Below, in pieces: positions 7,816 through 18,120 of a stretch of 33,245 nucleotides of DNA; the stretch's first letter is position 1, and each line of letters starts with the position of its first letter. The stretch lies in assembly GCA_030167865.1 (NCBI GenBank), contig JALAGF010000480.1, positions 62,001 through 95,245 of the forward strand, read 5' to 3'. Position numbers and translations under genes: made by a program. The notes under the pieces are model-generated. The model was not told where the DNA came from, searched no databases, and worked only from the letters and a program-made list of their open reading frames with translations. The stretch is from Craspedostauros australis. Taxonomy: Eukaryota.

Positions 7816-10800
7816 TTATTCAAGCTCTTCTTGTACAGTTGTGTCTGGATGCGGCTTCACAATGGTCGATTCCATGATGAGCCAGATCATGATGACGGTG
7901 GCGGTGAAGAGTTCATAGCCACCGGTGAAGAAAAAGAACAAACTCGCATACATCGATCCCTTCAGCAGCCAGTACTGCTCCAGCACGACCTCGCCTGCCT
8001 GATACGCCTCCTTCGTTCCCTCTCGCTTCGCCTCCTTCACCTTGGTCGCCAACGTGACATTGCGATGCACCAGATCATGGATGCACAGCCTCGCTCGCTC
8101 CAAGTCCTTGAACAGAGCTTCCACCAAGTCATCAGCGGCCTCCACCTTGCGTTCCAGAAAGTCCGACCGCATCTCTGCGTCGGCCAGCTGGTCCGTTAGA
8201 CAAGCATTGCCCTTGTGGATCGGTGCGTCGTCCTTGATGATGGTGACTTCCACCGGGATCGGGGCATCGTTATTCTCCAGGTTCCGCAGCACCTGCAAAG
8301 GTGTGCCGACGTGCGCCTTGGTCGGTGCATCCAGCTTGACAGTGTCCCATGATATCGTGTTGGTTCCATTGGGCTCACTCAGTGCGAAGTTTCCCGACTC
8401 GGTCGTTCTTCCTGTTCGCGATCGTTCACCTGGTCCCGCAATCGATTCTGGTGCGCTTACCACACTGTGCCCGTACTTGATGGATACCTCCGCATAACTG
8501 GCCTCCGGTCCCGCGTTGTCTGGATGAGAACCACTACGTCCCCCGAAGCTGTCGTCCTCCATCTCCGCCGTCGTTCCCGTCCTGTCCATGCGCTGCGGAA
8601 TTGGAAAGTCGAGAGCGTTGAGCGTCTTCTTCGGCGGTGTGATCGTGCCGCCCTCGAAAGAGCTGCTGACATCCGCGATCGCGGAAATGTCCTCATCGTG
8701 TGATCCATGGAATGGTTTCGAAAGCAAGTTGGATGACATGTTGACATCCGGTGAGTGACCTCCGTTCATCGGCCGGAAGACGGAGCCGTTGGCCGATGCC
8801 GAATCCGGCACGTTGTCAAGTTGGAAGGGTGAGGCTGCGTTGGGCGTGAAGTTGCTGTCCATGGAAGTGGACATTCCCATCGTCGACGGGGTGCTCACGA
8901 ATTTTTGGAACGAGCTGGCTTCAGGTATGGCTTGGTCCTTTGGCATGACGTAAGCACGAGACGGACCGCCGCCGCCACCACCTCCACCGCCCATTCGCGA
9001 TGGTCCATGGTCCTGTGCGCTGTGAGTGCTGGAGGTGCTCAGCTGATGATCCTTGGGCATGATGTACCGCCTGGCCGGTGTCGCGAACTCTTCCTCTTGA
9101 GGATGGCTGTGTTCCGAACCGCCGGACATGGCGGCAGGCTCATACGACAACGACTGATGCTGCGCTGAAGGCGTGGAGGGAGCGTTGAACTGCACATTCT
9201 CCTGCTGCTCCTTCATCTCCTCCAGCGCGCGCTTCGCCGCCTCCAGTTCAGCCTGCAGCTTCTTGATCAAGGCGCCGTCGTCGACGATTTCATTGATCTT
9301 CGGTTTCATCTCAACGAGCTTGGCGCGATGGGCAAACCGCAACGTCGACCTCGTCTCCTCCAGCGAGGACTTGCCGGCTGACGCGCAGCAGATGATGGCC
9401 ATATCTGCATTACCAGACAGATGTGGTTGCAATATTCTCGTCAATTTGGAATCACGGTAACTGATGAACTTCGGTCTCTTCTTCGCTGGCGTGCTGAGAC
9501 TGTGAATGACTCCAGACAGCGACATTAAACTGATGTCGGTCGCATAGCACGAGTATGGGTGGTGGCAGGAGCACCGCCATCAATATGAGGTCCAAGTTGC
9601 GGCAATAGCAGCAGTAACAGCAGAGCATAAGATGGTTCATTGGTTAGGTCACACGATCATGGTAACCCAGCACGCAAGCCAAACGTTCCACCACACGCAC
9701 GCACGCACGAACATACACATACATATACGCACACGCATGTGCGCCTTCGGCCACCGCGAACTTACCTCTGATTGATGTTGATACCTTCCCTTTGCCTTAC
9801 CGTGTTGCTCCCGGAATGCTTCAAACTCTCCGATCCCGCTAGATCCACCAGATTGAAATCCGAGATGCGCACAAGCTCCCCCGCCGCATCTGGAGCGGTG
9901 ACCACGGACGCCATGCCCTTGCTGCGGCTCTCCACGGACAGCCGGAAGATGGCATGACTGCGTGAAGAGTGCAGGTTACGATCTGTCTCTGCCACCATGC
10001 GGTACTTGTTGCCGGATATCAGGAGCTCGAGCACATTGTCCACGTTCTCGACCTCCTTCTGCGTGCTGTTGACGGCGATGTCGCCGTTGGCGGTCGTCCG
10101 TATCGTGATCTCTGGCGCGGATGACGATGCCGTCATCATGCTGTTGTGATTGGTGTTGTTTTTGGATGGATTGGTCTCGCAGAGGAGATCCCGTATCTTC
10201 TCGTTGTAGATTTCGATGTAGGAGACCTTGACTGTGAAGTCTCTGCTCATGGCGGCGCCCTGCCTCATGAAGCGGAACAAGTCGGAGGCGACGAGCTGGA
10301 TGATGCCGGCCTGACCGCTGGCGGCCTTGCCGTCACCTTGCATCGTGAAGGTCTTTCCCGTGCCGGTGCTGCCGTAGGCGAAGATGGTGCCGTGACGTCC
10401 GGAGATGACGTTCTTGACCATGGGGCGGGCAAGGCTCTTGTACAGCAGCGGCGTCTTGGTGTCCTCGTCAAAGATCTGATCGAAGTGGAACACGGACCGT
10501 CCTTCCACCTTGCGCACAACTCCGTTCTGAATGAAGGAATCGGTCGCGCCTGACTTCTGTAACGTCCATGCCTTCTTTTCACTGGGTTTTGACTTTTTGG
10601 AGGAAGAAGCGTTGCCGTCTCCAACTTTGGCGCTTTCGTTCGTATCCGACGATACCGTGTTTAGTGGCTTTAATCGGATCGCCACTGTGGTGGTTATGAT
10701 TGCGGTTGTGATGGGGGCATGAGAGAGAGAGAGAGATGACAGTATTGGTGGACGGATGTAGCGACGGATGGGTCACACGCGTTGTTAGATGTGTTCGTTC

Positions 10801-11216
10801 CAACATCTGAGCGCATTGGGGGAAGCCGACAAGAGAGGACGATGTGGATGGGCAGAAGAGGGCAATACCCTGCACTGCACTGCGCTGTAATGCATCACGA
10901 TGCGCGACAAAGGAAAGCAAGACACGATATCATCGCCAGCCATGTGCCACGCTGTAACGTATGCGTTGCGCTTACCTTTGATAACTTGCGCTTGGATGAG
11001 ATTCGGATCGATCTTGAATTGCGTGTTGGCCGGTGACGATGCTGGTGCCCCGCCTGTGGTTTGCGGAACGGCAACGGGCCTTGTCCCAGCCCCGATGGGG
11101 CCATTCGAGTGCGGCGCCATGGTGAGGGGTGTTGATTTGTTCCCGGCCGAGAGCAATGATTGCGCGTCGCCGTTGCCTGAGTTTGCAGCAGTTGTGGCGT
11201 CGTAGTTTGGAGGCAT
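7816..11216 (-). CDS. Kinesin motor protein, kinesin-7/CENP-E-like, with a C-terminal hydrophobic segment; exons 11216-10976, 10684-9766, 9529-7816; 957 aa
   Basis: Splicing restores IK|VAIRLKP and NINQ|SLMSL. P-loop FAYGSTGTGKT, switch I NLHSSRSHA, switch II LVDLAGSE, then YRDSKLTRILQ, ETRSTLRFAHRAK and neck INEIVDDGALIKKLQAEL. Donors are GTAAG, acceptors are CAG, and the exons total 2874 nt in frame. Confidence 0.92.
10721..10736. repeat. (GA)n microsatellite in kinesin intron 1
   Basis: The run gagagagagagagaga is read directly. On the sense (-) strand it is a CT polypyrimidine tract about 35 nt before the acceptor. Confidence 0.8.
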
Positions 11217-13101
11217 CGAATTGGTTGTCGCGTTTGTGCGTGCTGTCCGGTGGTGTGATTTCGCCTTCTCTGCGTCTGTTAGTATGAGTATCGATGGTGC
11301 TGTGGATGAGCCGATCCCGACGAGAAGCGTTGTCAATCAAAGCGAGGCGAGGTGGTGGTGCTTTGTGGCTGTCGTTGTGCCTGTGTTGAGATTTTGGAGG
11401 CTCTCTGACTCTCTCTTTGTTGTGGAACTTCGACGATCCCTCTCTGCGCCTGGTTGGCCTTTCTGTTGGCTCTTGTGTGTGATGCGGCGAAACGATGCTG
11501 AACTCTGTTGGTCACAAGGGAGAGTGTGCCTCCAAGCGAAACTTCGTGACTATTGCTGCTGTTGGTTCGTGCGGAGTTTCGTGGTGCCACCAGCGGTCTG
11601 CCAATAATCACAGATCCAACAAAGCGGCTTCGAGCAGAGAGCGCCTCTTGCAATCGTCGTTGCGATGGACGATTTCGTCGAGGATGCGGGCACAAGTGTC
11701 GCGATGCGTTGTTGGATGCGGAAACGGGGCCTTTTGGTTCTCTGTTGCTCTGCTGTCCTCTGCTTTCTTGCTTGCTGTGCCTCCTCTTTTCACTCCGACG
11801 GCCGTTGGTTATGCTTGACGCTGGTAATGCGATTGTCTCTTGCGTTGTTGCTGTTGCTGTTGCTACTGTTGCTGGATGTGATGATACGACGGCAGCGGCA
11901 TCAACGGGAGATGCTTTGGTGGATGCTGCTCTTGTCGGTTTGCTTGTTGGTCACAATGAAGTTTATGGCGTCTGTTGAGGTTGGCGCCAGGTCTTCGTCG
12001 GTGAGGCTGTTGTGACTCTGCCTTCCTCTGCTTTTTCGTCTGCGTTTCCTTTGTACCACTCACGCACGGAGCGGGTAGAATAACACGGCAGACCACTACT
12101 ACGACAAAATGACGCACAAAGCACAAAAATCTCAGCGGAATTTAGTTAACGACGGACAAAGTTGTGGGAAAGATGCATTTTGATCTGTTGCTGTTGCTGT
12201 TGTTGTTGTTGGCTCCACCATCCTTCACATGTTTCACGCAATTTCTGATGGATGGCGACGCGAAAGCGAGGAAAAAAGCGAAACCGGCCCCGTGTTGCTC
12301 GAGCGTGCGTGTAGGTATCGTGTGTGATGCGCAAAGTGCCACACGCATACGCGAAGGAGTGGTGTGGTCGGCGCACGAGCTTTCTCGCACATCGTCGTGG
12401 TGGCGAAGGTTTGCCGCCTCCAACAACGATGTCACACCCATGTTCTCTCCTTTGCGGCGATAATAATAGCCAGGCACAAACACGCGAAGCCACAGGAATG
12501 ACCATGACCGCAACGCAGCTTTCCAGTTGGGCCTGATGTAAGCGGCAGGTACGTCTGGGCATCTTCCGAACGAAGAAAACGTGTCCCGCACGATCCAACG
12601 ATCATCACAACCATTTTCACGTACAGGATGACGCGCCAAAGTGATGGCCAACGGATTGGTCGCGGGTTAATTGTGCGGAATTGTTGATGTGATGATACTC
12701 TTGGTTGACACCATCCAAACTCCTCACAAAACGAGAGAGAGAGAGAGAAGAGCCACACACCCCGACACCAACAGCAGCAGCATGCAAGGACTCATGCTTC
12801 ATGTTTCCCGCGACGCTCCGAATGATACTCGTATTCGTAGGTCGTTGAGTGTTGGCCATCCTCCTTCCGCACGTTCGTGCTTTGGAAGACAGGCTGTTTT
12901 TGTGTACACATATCGCTGGCCTTGTCGCAAAGGCTTGGCATGTTGGTCCTTCTTTGCGACGAAGACGACCCACGGCGCGATGCCAGCATCAGGTGGTGGC
13001 TTGATTGAGTTGTTCTCACAAATTCGTTCAGACGCGTGCTCTCCTTGGGCTGCGCTCTCTCTCTCCGTCTAGAATATTATTATCGTCGAATCTACGGATA
13101 A

Positions 13102-15897
13102 TCACTGGTCCGATCGCTTGCCACCAACCTTGTGCTTCAGACGGCTGACCAGCAGGCTCAAGTCCGCACCCTTCCCAGATTTGGCCGCGCGTTTCGTGTC
13201 ACCTCCAATGGCATCATCCATTCTTGCTCTCTTGTTCTTGATCTTTCCAGGCGACGCCGCGTCGGCGCCGGCCGGTGTGGAGGACTCTTCGTTGGTCGCC
13301 GCCTCTCTCTTCTTGCGCTTCTTCTTTTCCTTCCTGCGCTTGGATTGCTCCTTCAGGATGGCACGCATGGCCGGCGTCTCCTTGTACTGCGTCGCTGTCT
13401 TGTCGATACCGAAGCGGTCGTCGCCTCCTTCCAGAACCGCGGAGAAACGGCTGTCGGTCGTGTTGATCTCAAATTCCGTTCCCACCACGGACTTGGCCAT
13501 CTTGGCCTCCTTCCTCTTGCGGGCGCCGCGCAGTTTCTTGTCCTTGTTCTTGTCGATGCGCTGGATGCCGCGCATGTTGTAGTCGCGAATGTTCTCCTCC
13601 TCTTCCTCGCCGGCCAGCAGCAGCTCCAGCTGCGCTTTCGACTTGCGCTGATCTCTGACGACCTCCTGTTTGCGTTCCTTCTCCTGCTGCTGCTTCTCCT
13701 TCCTCTGCTTGGCGTATGCGGCCTCGTCCTCACCATCGCTGTGAGCGAAGAAGTCGTCGTCGTCCTCATTGTTGTCGCCCCCATTAGCATCGCCATCGCT
13801 CTGCATGTCCGAATCGCTGTCCTTCACGATCCTGTCCTTGCGCTTGTTGCGTGCCGCCTGTCGCAGTTCCTTCCGTTTCTGCTTGCGCTTCTCTTGGTAC
13901 TTCTCCCACGGTGTCAGCTCCTTTGGTTTCTCCTTCGAGCCTTCCAGCTTGGAACGGATCTTCTCCTCCAACGACTTCTTGCCTGGGATGAACTTCATTT
14001 GCATGTCCACATCACCGTCGCTGTCATCGTCATCATCCGACGCCATCAGCTCCGCCCGCAGCCGTTCCGCGTCCGCAGCTTCTTCATCGTCAACGTCATC
14101 ATCGTAGTCACCGCCCTTGCTACCTGTTCGTCTACCAGCAATGCCTTCGTCGTCGTCGCTGCTGTCCTCATCGTCGCTTGATCCATTGGCCTCTTTGTCA
14201 TCGTCGTCATCGGAACCGCCATCTTCATCGTCGCTGCTGTCAATCAATCCCAACAGCTTCCGCATCCTGGATCCTTTCTTCTGCTTGCCCTTGATTTTCT
14301 TCTTCTTCTTTGAACTGAGACCGTTGCTGCGTTTGGCATCGCCGCTGTCACCCATGGCACCATCATCGTCACTGTCGTCGCTATCGCTATCATTATCTTG
14401 GTCCTCCTCTTCGCTGTCATCGCTGGAATTGTCAGACGCCATGTAGATGCGCAGAGCCGCCTCTTCATCCTCATCCCATCCACCAGATCTGTACTTGGTG
14501 AGGGCCTTTTGGCGGTTGGTATCGCCCGTGTCCCACGTGCACTGCACGTTGGTTTGCTGCAACGCGCTGACCACAAACTCGGGTGGATCGTACGTGCTTG
14601 GAATGGATCGTGCTTCATCTCGCAACGGCCGACCCTGGATGACGTCTACCACATCCTTGCTCTCGATGCAACGCATGTCCATCTTGGAACTGGAGTGCTC
14701 AAACTCCATCCCGTCCAGCTCCTGGTAGGCGACGTCGGCGCTTTGCGCGGAATTGAACTCGACGATGGCAAAGTAATACTTGAGCTTGGAGGCTTCGTAG
14801 GCGCGCAATTTCTCGCGATCGAAGTCGGAATTCTGCTTGGCATTCTCGCGGTTGATGTCGTCCAAGATTCGCTGCTCCATGTCGGCCTGATCCATGTCGG
14901 AGTTGACGGAATCGTCATCATCGCTGCTGCTGGTGTCGCCATTGCTCTGTTTGGAACCGTCGGCACTGCTGTTGTCTTCGTCGTCATCCTCTGGATTTGG
15001 TTTCTTGGACTTCTTCCAAATGCCTGCGGGTCCGTACGTCTTCTCCTTCTCCAACTGCTCCATGCCAAAGTCGCTGGTGTACACCTGCACGTGTTTGACG
15101 GCACCCTGAGGAGAGAAGCTTGATAGAATGGAGTACAGATCGACGGCGCGCAGATGCTGCCAGTCCACATTGCACACCACGAGGTACGGCGATTCCGCAT
15201 CCGTGATGTCGACCTCATCATCCTCCTTGTTGGATGGATCCAGGACACCGGCCGTACCGTACACGGGATCTTCACCGTCGACGGATTCATCGTCATCCAC
15301 GGAATCATCAGACGAGTTGACGGAATCGTCATCGGATGATGATGACACATCCAACTCACCGCGGGAAAATGCGGTCAGGTAGGCGATGCGAGACTTTGGA
15401 TCCTCCGGCTTGTCTGGTGCGTCGTCGTCACTGCTTACATCCTTCCTCTCGTCTTTGCTTTTGCCTTTGCCAGCTTCCGACGTCTTGTGTTTGCCATCAT
15501 CACCCGATCCTTCATCGGATGACGCCGATGAGCCTGAAGTAGACGATGCGTCATCGTCATCTTTACCATCGTCATCATCACTATTGTTGGCATCACGCTC
15601 CTTCTCGACGGTGTAAAATGCGCTCAGCTCCTCCTTGGCTGTATTGGACTTGCTCTTCTTCTTGCGACCGTACTTATCACGGCCCTCCAGCTGAAATCTT
15701 GGATCCGTCAGCACGGAAGCGAATCGATCATCGAGCACCACCTTGGATGTTTGCTGCTTCACCTTTTGGAATTGTGGACGCGTCTCGGCGGCGCGGAAAC
15801 GATCATCCTCCAGCGCAACATCGTCGTTGGCATCATCATAGTCTCGGTTGCCATGACGCCTCTTGCTTTTGTCGCCCTTGCGCTTTTGTTTTGCCAT
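13102..15897 (-). CDS. ESF1: ESF1 nucleolar pre-rRNA processing protein (NUC153 domain), intronless, 931 aa
   Basis: Motifs LDDRFASVLTDPRF, DKYGRK, LVVCNVDWQHLRAVDL, YTSDFGMEQLEKE..GP, LRAYEASKLKYYFAIVEF, DGMEFEHSSSKMDMR, TPWEKYQEKRK, KAQLELLL and NUC153-like FEINTTDSRFSAV..FGIDKT. Long D/S/E tracts. Confidence 0.93.
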   Translation of the reverse strand: MAKQKRKGDKSKRRHGNRDYDDANDDVALEDDRFRAAETRPQFQKVKQQTSKVVLDDRFASVLTDPRFQLEGRDKYGRKKKSKSNTAKEELSAFYTVEKERDANNSDDDDGKDDDDASSTSGSSASSDEGSGDDGKHKTSEAGKGKSKDERKDVSSDDDAPDKPEDPKSRIAYLTAFSRGELDVSSSSDDDSVNSSDDSVDDDESVDGEDPVYGTAGVLDPSNKEDDEVDITDAESPYLVVCNVDWQHLRAVDLYSILSSFSPQGAVKHVQVYTSDFGMEQLEKEKTYGPAGIWKKSKKPNPEDDDEDNSSADGSKQSNGDTSSSDDDDSVNSDMDQADMEQRILDDINRENAKQNSDFDREKLRAYEASKLKYYFAIVEFNSAQSADVAYQELDGMEFEHSSSKMDMRCIESKDVVDVIQGRPLRDEARSIPSTYDPPEFVVSALQQTNVQCTWDTGDTNRQKALTKYRSGGWDEDEEAALRIYMASDNSSDDSEEEDQDNDSDSDDSDDDGAMGDSGDAKRSNGLSSKKKKKIKGKQKKGSRMRKLLGLIDSSDDEDGGSDDDDDKEANGSSDDEDSSDDDEGIAGRRTGSKGGDYDDDVDDEEAADAERLRAELMASDDDDDSDGDVDMQMKFIPGKKSLEEKIRSKLEGSKEKPKELTPWEKYQEKRKQKRKELRQAARNKRKDRIVKDSDSDMQSDGDANGGDNNEDDDDFFAHSDGEDEAAYAKQRKEKQQQEKERKQEVVRDQRKSKAQLELLLAGEEEEENIRDYNMRGIQRIDKNKDKKLRGARKRKEAKMAKSVVGTEFEINTTDSRFSAVLEGGDDRFGIDKTATQYKETPAMRAILKEQSKRRKEKKKRKKREAATNEESSTPAGADAASPGKIKNKRARMDDAIGGDTKRAAKSGKGADLSLLVSRLKHKVGGKRSDQ

Positions 15898-16435
15898 TGT
15901 GACTTGTACTCCTGGTTGATGTCAGAGTAAGAGTACTCGCGTTCTGGGGTACGACAACTGCAGCTCAACCCTTTCTTCCTGCAAGAAATGTATGGTGTGG
16001 TACAGTATGGTATGGTGGGCGTGCACGGTTAGATGCTTGGTATAGATCAGATGGAGATGATGGCGGAGATAGTGGTCGTTCGCAGAACAGCACTTCGGGA
16101 AGGCATGGTGTGGTGTGGTCTGGTTTGCATTCTTGGCAACACTCTGTTGTTCGCACACGACAACACATCATTTTTCGATGGTTTTGGCGCTGACCTAACA
16201 ATGGACAGACGTTATGGACGACTCAAAGCAAAACGTGAAGAACGAGTGTAGTCGACTGATGTGACCACAGTGGTTCACAAGAATTGTTTCAATACGACCC
16301 ATTCGAATACCAGCTGCACGACTGGAAATGGAAGATCGAAGAAACAGAACTCCCGCCAAAAAACGTGTTGTCGTCATCGCACGGGGCGAACTCGCACAAA
16401 CACGCTGAGCGCGAGTGTTGTGGTCTGTCTTGTTC

Positions 16436-17425
16436 ATGTCACACAATGAAACGAGCACGACGATGGAGATGCAGGCCATCATCCCGATTTCCATCGCTGC
16501 GCTGTGGAATGCAGCGGATGGGATCAAGCCGAGGGGAAGCAAGAACCGCGTTGCCGCTGAAGTGATGCTGGCAGTGGGAACATGGTGGCTGGTCCGCTGT
16601 ATTCCACCAATCTACTCGTACACAGGCAGCACCATCACTCCGTACTGGGAGATAACGACCTACATCCTGTGCCAATGGCCGTCTGCCTTCCAAGCATGTA
16701 CGGGGAGGAAGCCACCGCAGCCGCTGGTGAATGGTGGCCCCTTGGGCGGTGCTTGCGCCAAGCTCATTCAGGTCTTTGGCGCCGTCATCTTGTGGCGGAT
16801 GGTGCATGAGGAATGGCCCACTTTGAAGATGGGACGGCAACCGACGTGGAAGGAGTGGATTGTGGTCGTCGTCTTTTGTGGACTGGTGAACCTCGTCCTC
16901 TTCGGATGGTCCAAGATTCTCGACAGCCGCGGGGATCATCGTGGCGTGCAAGATCTCTCCGACGCGACAAAGACCGACAAGAACAAGAAGCAACGGGGCA
17001 ACGCAGGAGTTGGCGCCGATCGTTCGTTCGCGGAACTGGTATCATCGCATTGGCCGTTCGTGCGGAGGCATGTCATGATTCTTGCTCTTGCCTTTCTCAA
17101 TGCTCTCTGCGAGGAGCTGGAAGCCAGATACGTCTGGATGGAGGAGTTCCGCAGCGCATTGAGGCATGCGAGATACAGCGATACGGTTGTGAAGCACGGT
17201 GCCAACATTGCACAGGCAGCCACGTTTGGATTGGCACACTACCACGGAGTCCCAAGCGGGTGGACGGGGGTGACGCTGACGTTCGTGTATGGATTGCTGC
17301 TTGGGTGGCTGCACATGTACTACGACAGCGGTTTGCTGATGCCGATCGTCGTCCACACGGTCGCGGATTACTTCATCTTTGCCGTCATCGCAAGTCGCGA
17401 ATTGGAGCGGGAGAAGGCATCATAA
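16436..17425 (+). CDS. CPBP-family (CAAX prenyl protease type II / Abi) intramembrane glutamic endopeptidase; start uncertain (16436 or 16463)
   Basis: Multiple hydrophobic segments. Motif 1 NALCEELEAR (EExxxR), motif 2 FGLAHYHG (FxxxH), motif 4 HTVAD (HxxxD/N). Confidence 0.88.
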   Translation: MSHNETSTTMEMQAIIPISIAALWNAADGIKPRGSKNRVAAEVMLAVGTWWLVRCIPPIYSYTGSTITPYWEITTYILCQWPSAFQACTGRKPPQPLVNGGPLGGACAKLIQVFGAVILWRMVHEEWPTLKMGRQPTWKEWIVVVVFCGLVNLVLFGWSKILDSRGDHRGVQDLSDATKTDKNKKQRGNAGVGADRSFAELVSSHWPFVRRHVMILALAFLNALCEELEARYVWMEEFRSALRHARYSDTVVKHGANIAQAATFGLAHYHGVPSGWTGVTLTFVYGLLLGWLHMYYDSGLLMPIVVHTVADYFIFAVIASRELEREKAS

Positions 17426-18120
17426 TCACACGAAAAATTCGAGTATGTAGAGGGGAACAACTGTTGTTGTACCAACTTATTATATAATACAATACATGTA
17501 ATACGAGGAGAGCACGTCTTTTGAGAAGTGGAACAGCTCTTGTCTACGTTGACTGCAAAGTCTACGACTATCATCGCACAGAAGTGCGGAATTGTTGGCA
17601 GATTCAAATTCGTTTCGTTTTTTTCCCTCCATCATTGTCGTTGCAGCCCTCGACACAAAGAGAGCAACAAACGCACAAATGCGTGTGTACACAACTGCGG
17701 CAGAGCCACGAGTTTCCCAATTCGCACCAAACAATACCACATGTCGTCGTACTCGGAAAAGGGGAAGGGTCTGGAACCCAGCAACACTTCACGCCAACAT
17801 CCCAACAGCTGGCTGTGTTCGTGCGTTGGTGCAATCGCGGGTCCGAGGATGCTGGCAACAGTGGCAGCAACTATTGGAGCGAGAAACAGGAACACGCGGA
17901 ACAGCAAAAGCATCAGCACCATCCACAGGAACAACAGATACAGGCAGCAACAACAAAAGGCGTCACAGGAACACTTCCACCACGTGACAACGTACCGACC
18001 CTCAACTTGTGCGATCACTCGCCTCCAATCGATTGCCTCGCAACACGAGAGAAAGAGGGCTCCACACACCACCAACTGACTGGCACAGTCATTGCAGCGC
18101 ACACCAGAGTTGCCGCCATC

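Noticed and set aside
11217-13101. Numerous 60-170 aa ORFs in the 1.9 kb between kinesin and ESF1
   Set aside because: Low-complexity (TGC/TGT, GA) sequence, mostly non-ATG starts, and no domain signal. Treated as UTR or intergenic.
13118-15902. Many long + strand ORFs (e.g. 13132-14181, 14398-15123) opposite ESF1
   Set aside because: Antisense shadows of a codon-biased, low-complexity D/E/K/S gene, with no motifs.
17521-18120. 200-codon in-frame upstream extension of the DNA2 ORF starting at TTG
   Set aside because: There is no ATG before 18121 in this frame, and a TTG start is not expected for a nuclear gene. More likely promoter or 5' UTR.
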